DNA of 63,951 nucleotides, filler included, from Fonticula-like sp. SCN 57-25 (lineage: Eukaryota), in NCBI GenBank assembly GCA_001724245.1. It is 4 parts of 4 records of this genome, joined end to end, with 100 filler letters (N's around TTAATTAATTAA, not from the genome) between each part and the next. Parts side by side here need not be neighbours in the genome. Positions count along the whole stretch, not along the records: positions 32,606 to 49,646 come from MEDX01000127.1; positions 49,747 to 63,951 come from MEDX01000162.1; 2 more parts are not named here. One strand, 5' to 3'. Shown piece after piece: positions 36,055 to 50,231 of this stretch (positions are counted from its first letter, which is position 1; each line of letters opens with the position of its first letter). The position numbers and the translations under genes were made by a program. The notes beneath the pieces were generated by a model, which saw only the letters and a list, made by a program, of their open reading frames with translations, did not search any database and was not told the DNA's origin.

Positions 36055-37449
36055 ATGGACCTCGAGGATGTCCGCGCGACGTTGGCCGCCGGCCGGGACG
36101 CGGATGAAGCGGACCTAAGGGCCGCTGTTGTCGAGGTAAGGCGACTTGGAGCGACAGGGAAAGATGCGCAGTTAAGGACATGGGATGCTGTTGGAAAGTC
36201 TGTTGGTCTCTTGGCGCGCCGGCTGCTGCTCAGCGACGATGAGCACGACAACCCAGTGGTCCTCATTGCCGCCCAGGCGCTGGCCAATCTTGTGACGGGG
36301 AATGAGGAAACGCAAGCTCGCCTCTGGGCTGCACTTGTGCAAGACGACTCTGTTCTTTCGTACGGTTAACATTGTCTCGTTCTCCTTTACTTACTATTTG
36401 GCAGCGATCTTGTGGTTGGCGGCGGGCACAAGGTGGTCGCTGTTGTCGCCTACCTGGTTAACGCGTGCATTCGCGCGAACGAACAGCGCTTGCAGTCCAT
36501 GACGACAGGAAAAGGCGCGCACCTTTTCCAAGTATTGCTTCGCGGGGCAGAGCGCTTCTCCGAGGACGACTCTGAGGACGCCTTTGAAATGATTTACGAA
36601 GTGTCCACGGTGGTGGCCATGAACACAGACATTCTGCGCGCTGTCGTAACCGAACTCCAAGCACATCTTTTGGTGGGCGAGCTTTTGACCCTGCTGCGCT
36701 TTGTGGACGCTGCACAGGGCCGCGTGCCGGCGTCGTCTCTCGCGGCGCTTGTGCCGACGCTCGAGTGGCTCATCAATCTCGGCGACGCGTCGGTTGTCAG
36801 CGAGCAGATTCTGAAGCGCGCGCAAGAGGGCGCGTCGCTGCTCGTCCAGACATTCGCAGACCGCGCAGGCGAAGACGACGAGTCTGTCAGAGTGGCGCTC
36901 TGCGACGCGGGCGTCGTTGCGCCGGTGGTGCGGCTGCTGCGCCACGTTCACAAGGAGGCGCCTCCGCTGGCGCCGTCGGTTCAAGTTGACCAAGGTTTGC
37001 GCTACTTTATGTGTTTATTTTTGCTAAATTTTTTTGCTAGATACGGAGCATCTGGGCGTCAAGAAGGAGCTTGTGCGCCTGCTGACAAACTTGTCGCACC
37101 GGAACCGCGTTGCTCAGGACCAGATGCGCACCCTCGAGGGACTGCACCTGCTGCTGGACATGTGCCGTCTTGATAACCGGAATCCATGTACGTCCACCTT
37201 TATTTTGGTTTTTCCTCTGCTAATATTTTTGTTTTAGATATTCGCGAGTGGGCCATTTTCGGTTTGCGGAATCTCTGCGAAGGGAATCTCGAGAATCAGG
37301 ACGTGATTCGCAGCCTCGAAGCGCGCGGCGCGGCTGACCAACAGACATTACGTGAGTTGGGACTGGAATCGGAAGTTGGCAAGGATGGCCGGCTTAAAGT
37401 GCGCAGCACGGGAAGCCCGCTGGCACGGCAGCAAAACGAGTCGGATTGA
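36055..37449 (+). CDS. ATXN10: Ataxin-10 homolog (spliced)
   Basis: QDQMRTLEGLHLLLDMCRLDNRNP|YIREWAIFGLRNLCEGNLENQ signature. Confidence 0.9.
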
Positions 37450-37516
37450 ACATTGTATTATCGATAAATTTATGATTTTGATGACAGTATTTACACTCCA
37501 AAACATTCAAAATTGT

Positions 37517-40500
37517 CTAAAATACACCTTGAAGGTACCACACAATTGCGCGGGCCTTTTCAATTTCCAGTCGAAAGCCAAACGCGCCGTGCTCGCTTGA
37601 CACGTCCACAGTCACCTCTGCCATGCCATGGTCCAGCTCGATCAGCCTTGAATCTAAAATATCTCCAAAAGACACTGGGATGGCGGGGCGGCCATGGAGG
37701 CAGACCAGCATTCCTCCTTGAACAAGCAGCAGTTCTGCCGTTTCATCGACCCACTGCTTTCCTATACAAACACTGCACATATGCGGTTAGATAAGATATA
37801 ATACATATTTTACCTGGCGTACCATGCTACGTTTGGCAAGAGCAATGTTGCGTTGACCGTGCTTTCATCCATTGGCAACGGCGCGCATGCCTGAGCGTGG
37901 CCCGCACTGCCGAGGAGCGCCGACACGTGTCCCTCTTGCGTCCCTCCACCAATCACCGACGCGACGCCCTGCGCTGTCCCGCGCACAAAGTCGAGCAGTC
38001 CGCTAGCGGGCTTGACGACCGCGCCTAGGACGCCGCGCGCCATCCCCTGCACGCCGCCCATGATAATGTTGGGCTCCTCCACCATTCCCCTGACGGGTTC
38101 CTTGACGACGCCCGCCAGGCCGCTCACAACGGCGCCGCCGAGCGCGCGGAAACCAGACCACACGCTGCTCGCCGCCGACTGAGACCGCTCGCTGCGCGCC
38201 GCGCGACGCGACGCTGCGAAAGCCGCATCGCCCGAGAGCGCGTCAAGCCCACCAGCAACACTCTTGCTGAACGTGTCGACAGAGAGGAGCCCGGCTTCGG
38301 CAATGTGCGAAAGAAGCGAGCCAACGCCCTGCGCGACGCCCGACGCGACGCCGAGCGGGCCGCGCGCAGCGTTTGCTCGCGGCAGCGCAAACAGGTCGTG
38401 CAGGCCGGCCGCCACGAGCGGCAGCGCCGACGCGGGGCTGCCGAGCGCAGAGAGCGAGCCAATCACGGACGGGAGCGCGACGAGGGCGTCCGACATGTAC
38501 GCCATCGACAGCGAATGAAGCAGCGCACCGGGCGTGCGCACAACCTGGAGCGCGTCAATCTCTGAAAGCCGCAGAGGCAGCTTGGAAACGGCGACGGTCG
38601 TCGACGCGGCGCTTAGAGAGACGCGCACGTCGGCGGCAGAAACATAAAAGCAGTCAAGCTCGAGAAGCGATGCATGTACGGGCCGCGGCTCGGTCGGTGT
38701 GGAAGCATCGCCGAAAAATGACTTTGAAGCGGCGGCGGCGCGCGACACGAGCAGGCGCACGGTCGGCTCATCAAGCGAAATGTCAAGAGCATGCGGGACG
38801 AGGCGCACGGAACGAACATGTCCGTCGGCACTGCGGCGCACGGCCACATCAAAGCCCTGTGATGACGTGTCGCGTAGCAGAATAGGCAGCTCGCAGCCAT
38901 CCAGGCCGGTCGCAATCTCGGCGCCGCGAACCGTCGCGGTAATGCTTGAGGCACCGTCTGACAGCGTGGACAGTCTCGCTTCAACGGAATCTGCTGCGCG
39001 TAAGCAAAAACAAAGCGTAGTTCAAACAATAGACGTACCAAAGCCAGCGATGATCAAAGGACGGCCTGATGTAAATTGTGTGATGTCGTCCATCCACAAC
39101 AGGCGGCAGCTCCCGACGCGCACGGCCGTGCTCGCGGGTCGCGCGTGCTCGCGGACGGCCAATGAGCGGTCGTCTTTGGTGCTTGGCGCAATTCGGATGA
39201 CGCGCTGGCCGTGTTCACCGTCCTTGATGACGGCCACCTTGACCTGGCGCGCACCGATAGCCACGATCGAGCACATGGCCGACATGGAAATATCAACCTC
39301 GTGCTCGGCGTCAGGTCTACTGCCAATGTTAGATAAAAGCAAACAAGAATACCCATCGTACGCATCAACAAAGGCGACCAGCAATGTGACATAGTTCCTG
39401 TTCCTCAGCGGCGCATCGTCCTCAAACATAAACGGCGTCTCCAGGCACGAGCCGGCGGCAACCTCAAAGGAAAGGCGATCAAATGCCGGCCATCCGACAC
39501 GCAGCGCCTTGTCGCACTCGTTGATCAACTTGACGAGCGGCCGCGAGACGGGCTGAATGATGACAGTGACGGCGCCGTCGACCTCGGACTTTGACACAAC
39601 CGCTGTCGCGCAGCTTGCCCACGTGCCTTGCGACCATACGAGCGGGCGGCTGTACGACGAGTCAAACGGCAGGCCCTCGCTCCAGTCGCTCCACGAGTCG
39701 ACAGCGTCGCGCTCAATTGCAATGTACAGGTTCTCTTCCAAAAGCCCGCCAAGCCGCACAGAGCACGTCTCGTTTGGCTGCACCGCCACTTGGCCAACAA
39801 TATCCGCCTTGCCATTGCCGACGGCGATGTTGAGTGGCGCGCCAAACTCGTTCGTCACAGAGAGCATATCAGTCAGCACATAGTCACCGCCGTCCTGCGA
39901 GCAGCACAGCCCTTCCATCGGCGCGCCGCCGGCCGAGTTGTGCAAAAAGACTGTTGGCACCTTGGACAGCACTACTCGACTCAGGCAAATATCCGGTTTG
40001 GAGACAAGCGTGTCGCCATCCGGCCACGTGCACGATAGGGAGAGCGGTGCGTCCGAGAGCGTGTGGCTATGCGATTGCGTCCATGCTGAAGTAAACGAGT
40101 CGGCAGCGGCGAGCGGGATCGGTGCGCCTTTTCCGGGTGCAATTGACACAGCAGCACTGACAACATAATCAGCAAAAAGGAATAATAAAAGCAAATGCGA
40201 ACCTGACGCTGACGGAGAGCCGCGCGCAGCGGTTGATCAACATCGGCCCGCGGTCAAAGCTAAGCTCAAGCGCGGCGGTCTCTCCGCTTGCCGACGTGCG
40301 CACGACGCACTTGACAATCACGGGCAGACCGCCTTCCGCCATACAAATAAAATCTAAGCACGAGATTGCGTTAGTGATCGCGGGAGAGAAGCCGCATCGT
40401 ACACAGCGGCCCATCGGCGCTCGGCGGCCGCGTCAGCAACTCTGCAACCCAAGTACACGGCGGCGTCCAGAATGACTCGTCGTTGCGCGCGGGGCGGACT

Positions 40501-43500
40501 CGGATGCAGGTGTCCATCCACTCGCTGGGTGACAAATACACGTGGCTAGGCATGCCCATCTCCTGCCCCTCGGGGCCATGGCGAATCGAAATGTGCGACG
40601 AGGCGCTCCAGGTCGCCGACACGGGCGCGCTAATCCTGACACGGTGACGCGCGCTGCTCGGTTGCAGCGCCACAGATACCGTGGCGGACGGCCCAAGCGA
40701 TATCATACCACCAGAGGTGCTCTGTAATGCCTCTCCAACCAAGCCGACAGACAAGCTGGGGATCTGCGCGTCCAGTCGAGCAATGCTAGAGACGCTAGAG
40801 TGCGCCGCGAGAGGAACAGCAGCGGCGTCGGTGAGATGCACCCAGCTGATATCAAGATCCATTTCCGTCTCGTTCTCTATAGAGGCGTTTCCAGCAATAC
40901 GCAAAGAGGACCCGTGCTGCTCGAGCGAAATGCCGTCCCGGAGCTGCAGCGCGTCCCGCCAAACACGCGCAGTTCCACCAAAGAGTTCAAAGGGATCCGT
41001 CCATGATTCGCCGCCGTCGGCTGACACGCACAGCGACTTGCCGACCGGAGACCGCGACGCAAAGGACAATGATGCGCGCGCATCGACGCTCCTCGCCGGC
41101 TTGTTGTCGATGCGCACCAGCAGCGGCAAAACAGTTTCATTGAGAATTTCAAGTGTGAATGCCGGCTGAGGCGGCTCGTGGCGGGTCCACGCAAGGAGCC
41201 GCGCGCGGGCGGGCGCAAGGACGAGCGCATCGGCGGCAACATCAATTCCCGCCAGCGAGCAAGAGAGCCAATTGGCCGCCGTCATCACCTCGGCTCCCTT
41301 CATATGAACGCAGCGCTGCATTGAGCCGCTCGACGGACTCTCAAGCCACAGCGCCGCGTCCCATACGGCGACAACTGTAACGTCGCCAAACGAGCTTGGG
41401 GCATTCCACTTTACACCATCAATCGTCAAGGTGGCGCCCAGCTCAGGCACGGCGAGAACCGCAACATGAACGGCCACTGACAAGGAGCGCGCCCTCGGCG
41501 CAGGTAGCGGCACCGGGCTCATTCCGCGGACCAGCGACACGTTGAGCCGTCCTGCCAAGGCGGTGGGCACCAGAACGCGCCACGCGCGCGCAGCGAGACG
41601 AGAGGGCCATTCAAAGCGCGCGTGCTCTTGAAAGAGCGCGTGATCCGCGGGCACGTCGGCCACCTTGCGCCATGAGCCATGCAACAGCGCCTCGACGACA
41701 ATGACTGGCTGCGCCTCAAAGTGGTCTGCGCGGCTGTCGAGGGACCGGGAAATGGCGCCACGAGGGCGCGCCGACGAGTCCACCTGGACGGCGTGCACAA
41801 TGAACGCGGCGGGCATACGCCACTGGTACACGAGATACTCGCCTTCCTGGTCGAGCGGCGCAGCGTCCGCAATCGTCAAAAGTTTTTCATACACTGGAAT
41901 GACGGCGGGCGAGCGCAGGCGGCGCCGTTCACCGACCTTTGATGACATAGCACGCGTGTACTGCTCCCAGATACGCTCGACGTTTGTCTGCGCCGATCGC
42001 GTCACCTTGGCATGGAGCAGGCGCACCACCACGTCGATGGAGTCTTCCAAAATGGCGGCGTGAATGTCGGGTGGCGCCGACAGGAGCGCCTCGTCGCCCA
42101 CGACCACTTCCAGCCCACGGGCAAACACGTGTGCGCCGCCTTGATCAATGACAAAGGATGCAATGGAGACGGAAGCGCTGGTATCGGGTGATTGCACGGA
42201 CAACATGATTCGCTTGGTTTGCGCATCGACAATCAATTGAGGCGGCGACTCATCATGAATATCGGTATCAGCTTGGACCTGATGCTGCTCGATGCCATGC
42301 TGCTGCTGAAGAGAACTGACGTCACCAATGTCCATGGCGAATGATGCCACGTCGGCGACAAACTGCGCGTCTGCCGTAATGTCGACATTGTGGCCGACGG
42401 CCACGCTCAGCAGCGTCGCGCCGTCGCTCTGCTGGCGGAACCACGATCGCAGCAGTGGCGCCGCGCCGCGAGGAGCGTCAAAAATCACTTGCTGATTGCC
42501 CGACGTTAGGCGGGCGGCGTCGATGACGAGACCGTAGCTGCGGCCCTGTGCTTCGCCGCTACTGCCGACTTCCACGAAAATCGACTCGATGTCGGCCTGC
42601 GCGCACAGATGCCCTGCATTGTCAAACAAAGTGGCGCGCAGCTGTGGCAGCGAAATCGTCGCTGTGATGGCATTTTGTGACGATCGTTTTGTCGTCGCAT
42701 GCATAGCGCTGCCCGATGGAGTAATAGCGACACACCGGCTCGCGCGCTGCCATTCGTGTGTTGAGCGCTGCACAAAGGCAAAGTGCGCCGGGTGAACAAA
42801 TACAGCGGCCGCAACTGCCTTCCCCGCCGGCGGCCCTGCCACGTCCACCGTCGTGCGCCGCGCGTCCTCCTCAAAGCAAGCCACAATCGACACGTCGAGC
42901 GGGTCAACAATGGCAGCACTGATCTCAATCCACGAGACGGCCGCCGCCTGCCATACGGCAGCTGGCACGTCGGACGATGCCGGCGACGATTGTGATACCG
43001 ATGAAGAAAGACGAGCGACGACGGCGGCTAATGGCGCCATGCGCAGCGTTGCTTCCGTCAGCACCACCTCGTAGGTATGTGTGCGGCCGCCGGCGTCGCC
43101 GCCCAGGTCTTGCTGCTGCTCGACCGCCATGAGAGCAGCCGCCTCTTCTTCCTCCTTGCACAATGTGCACTGCAGCGCGACAGACCCCATGAGCACGAGG
43201 TCCTGGCCGTCCGCCGACGGCGACAGCGACGGCAGTAGAAACACACGAGCAGCAGCCAACGTCACATGAAGCTCAAACCGCTCACGCGACAATGGTTTAT
43301 CCTGCGTCGAATTGCGCAGGCGGCGCTGGCGCGTGCTATGCGACCGCGTGTCCGACACGCTGTGCCTTCGCATGTCCTGCTGTTGTAGTTGCTGCGGCCG
43401 CTGCGGCCGCTGTAAAAGAGCGACACGCGATGCAACATCCGCGAGGGTGACCAATAGCGGCACGGTCAGGAACAGCTCAGTCTCTGTCATGGATACCTTG

Positions 43501-46500
43501 AGCAGGCCAGCAGCGGCGTCCCGCACAAGCTCAGCTTCGACGATGAGCCACGGGTCCTTGGCGGCGGCCGCTGAAGATGACGTCGCGCGCCCGGCGATGC
43601 CGCCGAATGGCAGCGCCTCGCGAGCGGCAGACGCCACCTCCACGGCGTACGCGTGCGACATGCCAAATGAACCGCATGACAAGTACAGCGACCTGCTTGT
43701 TGCCGACTCTGCCAGCGCGCAGTGAACGCCATGTAGACGCGCAGCATACGCAGTCATCACGCCACCTGACGGAACATACACATACGCGGCGATCTGTGCG
43801 GCGGAAACGCTCAGCTCGGTTGACGCGGGAGTGATGGAGGCGGCTCGTGCACCGCCGTCTCGAGCAATGTCAGTATTCGGGTTATGCGAGACGTCGGTGG
43901 TCACGGGCTCTCGCTTCGTAAAGGACGGTATCATTGCGTTTATGGCAACGAGAAGATTCATTGCGTCAATGTCAACACCGGCAACGACACGACCCACTCG
44001 CACACCGACGCCGTAAACGACGGGCGCCGCATCACCTTCTGATATCAAAGTTGTAAGCGAATGCAAAGCGACCATAATAGTTTGTGCGCACGGAGCGTGG
44101 AAGACGACTGCCGCGCCGATCCCCATTGCGCATCCAGGCGGTCGACGCAAAGCAGCGGGAGGCGGTGCAAGCCAGAGGCCGCGGCCGCGTGCTTGTCGCC
44201 TGACATAAGATAGTGGATGGGAGCGTAGCCGGGCGCGGGCTTCAACGAGGCGGCGCACTCGAGCCCCTCAAGCACACCAAAGTGCGCCTTGAATGTGCGC
44301 GAGCGCTGATACTGCGGAAACTGGGAAAAATGACAGGGCATATTGATCAACGTGGCGGTTTCGCAGGCATCTTTTGGACAAAAAATGACGGTAAGACAAA
44401 TATAACTAAATGGAGGGAGAGAGGGCGTACTGCTCAAGTCAGCAACTGTGTGCTCTGGCCGCACACTTACGACTGGGAGCCTGACGAGCATGTGGGCGCA
44501 GTGCGCCAAACGAGCGGGGCGCGGCGACGAGGGCGGCGCTGCTGGAAATGGCGCGACCGCCGCTGACTGGCTGCTGTCCGCGTGCGAGTGTTCAGGGGAC
44601 AGGTAGAGGCGGCACGCGTCAATAGATATCAGCGTGTGAGGCGCCAAAAGGGACCGCGGGGGCTCTGGCGGCGATCGTAAAGGCAAAACTGCCGCTGGCG
44701 GCTGGGGGGGTCCGCGCATATCCACCGAAAATGACAGACCAGAGTCACTTTTCGTCGCTGCCGATGACTGTGTAGCAGTGTCATGTGGCTCACTCTGATG
44801 TGGAACGAGTACCGCAGCCGCGTCAGTGCCATGCTCCTGCGGAATCATATGTAAACATAAACGAAAGAAAAGGAATAAAGCGCACAGGCTCGCATAACCA
44901 TGCCGCCACGACAGGGTCAAAAGAGGCCTCCAAAGCAGCGCCGCTAACCACGAGGACGTCCATGAAATCATTGAGTGCGAGCAGGTAGAGCGGGTCGTTG
45001 TTGTTTCGTTTCCTTGGTGTTCTCCGCTGCCGCTGAAACACAAACGCATTTTCCCGCTTGTTCTGCTGCACGCCGTTAGCCATAGACAGGAACGATTGAT
45101 GTGCGCACCTGAGAAGACGACAATGGTGTTCGCAAAAAGGTGAGCTCGCCGCGCGATGCGCACACAGCGCACGAGGCGATATTGGTGATCGAGCCGCGCG
45201 CAGAGCCGAGCGCTACCTGAAGACAGGTGCCGACAATGTGTGTCTTTGAAATCACGCGCAGGTTTGTCAGCTCTATCCTGCATCTCGCCTCGTCATTGAC
45301 GCCGTCGTCGCTGTTAACGGTGCCGTGCCATGATGACGTCTGGTTGAGGGCGCTCCACCCGTCGACAATCCTGATCATGTCGGCAATCTGCGCGCGGCTC
45401 GCGTGCATCGTGCACTCGGCTACATCGACTTCTGCTTGCCCGAGCGGCGCCGCCGCCGCCCACATAATCCCGCCAAACGATGTCACGCGACCGTCCACAT
45501 ACCGCACGGCTGCATCGAAAGGGTCGCCGAGCAGAGCCAAACTCGCCACATCGCCGCGCCACGACATAGTGCCCAGAGCAACGGCGGCTCCATGAACATT
45601 AATCTTGTAGTGATCATACAAAAGAGGCGCCCAGGGAGGGAGCCGCTCCATGCCAGACATGCCCAGCGGCAGCTCGTCGCTTACCGAAACGGAGCTGATC
45701 CGAGCGAGCAGTGCAGGAAATAACCTACACCAAGCTGTTAGCCAATGCACCGTGAGAGCGCTGGTAAACAGGCCGTACGTGGTGGTCGGCTCGAATGGCT
45801 CACAGGAAGGAATGACGACATCAAGCCCATGAAGACGGATATTCATCTTGCGGGCCCCGTCACCCAACTCACTAAGGCGCGCAAGCATCGCGTCATCGGA
45901 CGCAAGATGAAGAGACTCCTTGTCCACAGCCGCCACAAGCGCCGCGTAAAACGGCAAGTGCGGCCCGGCAAAGTCGACCGCCGTCAGCGCAAACACCTTG
46001 CTCAGGGTGAGCCGCGCGGCGCCCACCGTCGCGTCAATGCGACGCCCCGTCGACTCATCACTACGCGCGATCAGTGCCCACGTGGTAACGTCAAAAGTCG
46101 CGCTGCGGTGCACGGCAGCCCACACGTTGCACGGCCAACCCCCCGTCAGCGCCCCACGCACGCTCCCGCAGCCCGACGCACCGGCCGTAAATACGGGGCG
46201 AAAATGAACCTTGTTCTCGTCCACGTGGACACGCGCGCCGTGCTCAACGGCCATGTGGTGAACCATGGCGTATGCGGACTGCTTCTGGTTGCGCTGCTGC
46301 TGATCGCCACCGCCAGTGTCGCTCGCAAATGCCGCGTCTTCCAAGACGACCCTGATACAGGGAACGCACATGATGCGGCGCAGGCGGCGCATCGCCACCT
46401 GGCGGTACCGCGTGAGCTGCAGCGTGACACGCGGTGCTGTGACGAGAAGAGCAAGCCTTGTGGCGGTCGGCGGAAGCGCCACCGGCGTCGGCGTTGGCGT

Positions 46501-47767
46501 CGGCACGTCGGCGCCTGCAAAGCTACCGAGCCAAGCGGACCATGAGAGAGGGGGTGGCGACTCTGGTGACGGCGACGGCGGCGGCTCAGAATGCGGAGTG
46601 GCAGCGGAGGCTGTAGTGTCGGCAGATGTTGCAATGATGCTGCGCCGGGCGACGAGGGCTTGGAGGGCGCGAAAGATAAGAGAGTGCTGCATGTCACTCA
46701 TCGAGATAACAAGTTCGGGGAGTGATACGTGGATGCTGCGATATGAATTTGCTACGGAATACGGTGATGTTGATGCGGGTGCGGCATTGTTGGTTTCCGG
46801 CGGTTGCTTTGGTGCTCGACGCATTGCTTCTAAAGGTATTGGTGATGATGCCGAGACCTCTTGAGGTATTCCTGCTGATGCGGATGTCGATGTGGATGCT
46901 AAATATGATGATGCACCCTCGCCGAGGTCTGTACCTGCAGCCACGGCTACACTGGCGGACGTTTCTAATAACGAAATGTCGCTGTCTGCCGTACATATAC
47001 GCACACCAAAGGAATATTTGTAAATGAGTGGATCTTGAAAGGCGACGAGCCGGCCGTCAGCCGCGCTATGGTCCACGCACAGCGTTAGCTCGCTGATGTC
47101 GAGCGTGCGGTTTCGTTGCCGGTGAGCGCCAACGTATCCTGTCACCGCCGGCCGCCAGGCAGCGTCCGCCGACGCCGAAACCACAGACTTGCATGACAGC
47201 GACACCACAGCGTCGCCGTCCGCGTACTTGACGACAACATTGTGGATCTCGAATCGAACATTGTTGAGCACCATCGGCAAAAGACCCATTTCGGCAGAGC
47301 CGGTAGCAGGCGCTAGAGCAGCGGGCGCAGTAGAAGACAAAGGGGCAGCGGTGGCCGTCTTTGGACGACTCGATGCGCCTTCGGGAGCAAGGACGATCTC
47401 CAAAAGGCTCAAGGAGACCACGACGGGATCGCGCGTGAGCGACGTCCAAGGGATGCGGACGCGCGCCTCGTGAACACGGCCACTAACAACATCCACGGGA
47501 AGATCAAGGTCACGCTTCACGGCTAAATAGTTTCAAAAAGCGCGAAAGTGAGCAGCGCGACACAGGCGGGTCTTACCGAGGGCGCGCACCGTCCTGGCGC
47601 AGCTCGAGGTTCCGCAAAACGAGATCCCCGCCTATTGCATCCCAGTTAAAAACGGCAATTAACAAAAGAAACGCACCCCATAAGGACAGCTCCAAATCCT
47701 CTGGCCGAATGTTCTTTAGATACTCGCTCGCATAGTACTGCAGCAGCGGCCGTAGTAGGGCCTCCAT
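37517..47767 (-). CDS. VPS13B: VPS13B-like bridge lipid-transfer protein (multi-exon)
   Basis: Chorein-N YLKNIRPEDLELSLWG|GDLVLRNLEL...GRVHEARVRIPWTSL of VPS13B type. C-terminal ATG_C-like glycine-rich helices (GAVVKPASGLLD). Confidence 0.85.
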
Positions 47768-48339
47768 CGTCCTCGCCCCTGCCGGCCGCGCTTGGCTCGT
47801 CACCGATTGCCCGCCAAACGCAAACGCAAACTAGTTTGCACTTTCTTATCATTGAACAGACTGTGACCAGTGGCCATCCCAAGTGTCTCCAACAATATGG
47901 ATAAATTCAATATGGTCTTATGTCACAGCAATTTCCAGCAAAACCGTAGTCTACAGCCATATTTTTTGTTTGGTACAGGATTTGTCAACTATAACGCACA
48001 GTATTCCCATTTAGCACACGATGCTACTAGCACTCGGCATTGATACTACAACCCTAGTCGTATGGTACCATAATAATTATGGATAATATTATGCATGAAA
48101 AGGCCGACTTCAGGTATTTATTTAATGTTCTGCGCGGCGAAATGCTGTTAGGCGAGGTCCAATGAACATAAAGGAATGGCTTGTCTATCTTCGGAAGCTA
48201 CATTTTACCAAATCGAGCAAATTGACCAGATTTGGCAAGTATACGATTCACCCCCGGCCTCATCCTGACTCCTGAGACCGGAGGCGGGGGCCTTACCATG
48301 GCGACGGCCAGGACGGATTGGGAGAGGAGGGCTGAAATC

Positions 48340-49646
48340 ATGAGTAGCGGGCTGCCCTGGAGTATACTGCTACTAGCCGCACTGTTGGCTGCCAACATCT
48401 TGGTTGCAGGTGCGCGTGCTCCCGTTTAAAATAATCGATGGGCGTCCGGTGGGGATCGGGCTATGCTAACGATGGTTGCAAATTTTTTGACAGACTCTCA
48501 AAACACGCGCGTCTACATGTACAATGGCGCTTCAACTTACTCTGGGAATGGCGCAAGAAACTACCAACTTGGCGCCAGATACAAGACGAAGTCGTGCGGG
48601 TGGTATGAGGTATTGTTGGGGTGCAGCGAAGAACACACCACATATAACGCTGTCTGGACGCAAGGAACCGGATCGGCACCGCGCTGGGTCAGCTACCAAG
48701 TATTCAACTTTGCTCCTCAGGCGGTATGTCCCAACGAACTCTTCGCTTGCACACTCTAACATAATTACTCTGCGCGACGGGCTCGCCCAAGCTCTTCCTG
48801 AGCCAAACTAACACAGGCGCGGCTCCCACTATGGCTACCACCGTTACAACGGACGCGCTTACAAACATGTACGACAAGCACCTCCATCTGCAAAATACCC
48901 TCGAACCTATTAATAACGCGCTGTTAGTAACTACGGTACATTGACGTGGAACAACCAACCTGGCCTTTCCTCCTACACCGCCCGCGTATCGCAGTCGGGC
49001 TACACATACTCTTCCCAGTACGAACTATTTTTTCATTTCACTACTCTAACAGGCAATCCATTTAGGTGGTGGTACTACGTGAACCTCACCCCCAACTTCC
49101 TGAACACTGTGGTGCGCATTTCAAACAGCGCGGTACGGGCCCTCCCATACAGCATTTGCCGATTACTCATCCTCCTCGCTCCTATAGGTGACGCTCCGCC
49201 AGCAGTACACTTCGATCACTCAAGTTGCGTGGGAAACCTACAAGACCGACGCGGCGTATAAATCCTATGTTCTTTTCGATTATTTGACGTGCGATGTGAA
49301 CGCCGTCTGCTCCAATGGTCAATGTATCTGCAACACCCACTACTCGGGATCGGGAATAACTTGCACCTGTATGATGCTTCTACATTGTTGCCTTTGTACT
49401 AACAGCAGTTCGTTTTTAGATAGCTCGTGTGCCGCGAGGAGCATGGGCAACGCCAACTTTCCCTTGACACAGACTGGTGTCACCGCGACGGGTAGCTGCC
49501 TTGCGGGTTTCCTCGGATCGCCGCGCGCGCTTTGCAGCAATACCGTTTGGGGCGCCGTGAGCAACCCCTGCACTCGTACGTCACGCGCTTGTATGGGCGC
49601 TTGTACTGACCTTGCCTGTAGCATCGACGTGCGGTGCCGACAACAC
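48340..49646 (+). CDS. Secreted/cell-surface EGF-like and Cys-repeat protein (spliced, 3' truncated)
   Basis: Signal peptide, EGF CDVNAVCSNGQCICNTHYSGSGITC, then repeat unit GNANFP...ATGSCLAGFLGSPRALC...WGAVSNPC. Confidence 0.7.
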
Positions 49647-49746
49647 NNNNNNNNNNNNNNNNNNNNNNNNNNNNNNNNNNNNNNNNNNNNTTAATTAATT
49701 AANNNNNNNNNNNNNNNNNNNNNNNNNNNNNNNNNNNNNNNNNNNN
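49647..49746. other. Artificial contig spacer
   Basis: N44-TTAATTAATTAA-N44. Confidence 0.99.
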
Positions 49747-50172
49747 ATCTGAACAAACGTAAATACCTTCTTCAGTAATTTTTGCAAGAGCTGTCTTGAT
49801 ATGAATGTCTTCATCGATACTGCGCAGAACCTCAGTGCCAATGTATTGGGCAATATGGCGAGGAGATTTAAGCGGAGTTCCTTCAGTTCTGGTTGTGAGT
49901 TCAATCCAAGTATCTACATCAACATCGAGCTTGAACATTGAAAGGATTTCGCTCAAATGAATCAGATTTAAATGAACTGGGCTTTCAAAAGGAATCTCTT
50001 TAAGGCTTTGATCATCAAAGTTAACGCGGGGGATCTTAAATACCGCAGCACAGGTATTCTTTAGGTGATCTGCAAATGCAACTTCCTTTGCTCCAATTTC
50101 CTTGAGCATTGAATAGATTGTAGATTTTCCAGACTTAGCGTAACCGCTGATGCCAATAAGTGCGTATTTCAT
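49747..50172 (-). CDS. Phage deoxynucleoside monophosphate kinase (truncated)
   Basis: IGISGYAKSGKST P-loop, AFADHLK, SPRHIAQYIGTEVLR. Confidence 0.9.
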
Positions 50173-50196
50173 TTCTCTTCCTTGTTGAATGAAAAC

Positions 50197-50225
50197 AATA
50201 TAGCAGACGAATCTGATTAGATCAA
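50197..50225 (-). promoter_or_regulatory. Sigma70-type promoter for the dNMP kinase gene
   Basis: TTGATC-N17-TATATT with TG extension; AAGGA SD downstream. Confidence 0.6.
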
Positions 50226-50231
50226 ATGTTT

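Noticed and set aside
16223-49746. TTAATTAATTAA palindromes and apparent virus integration into the protist genome
   Set aside because: They are identical N-padded linkers, so adjacency of the four segments is artificial and says nothing about integration.
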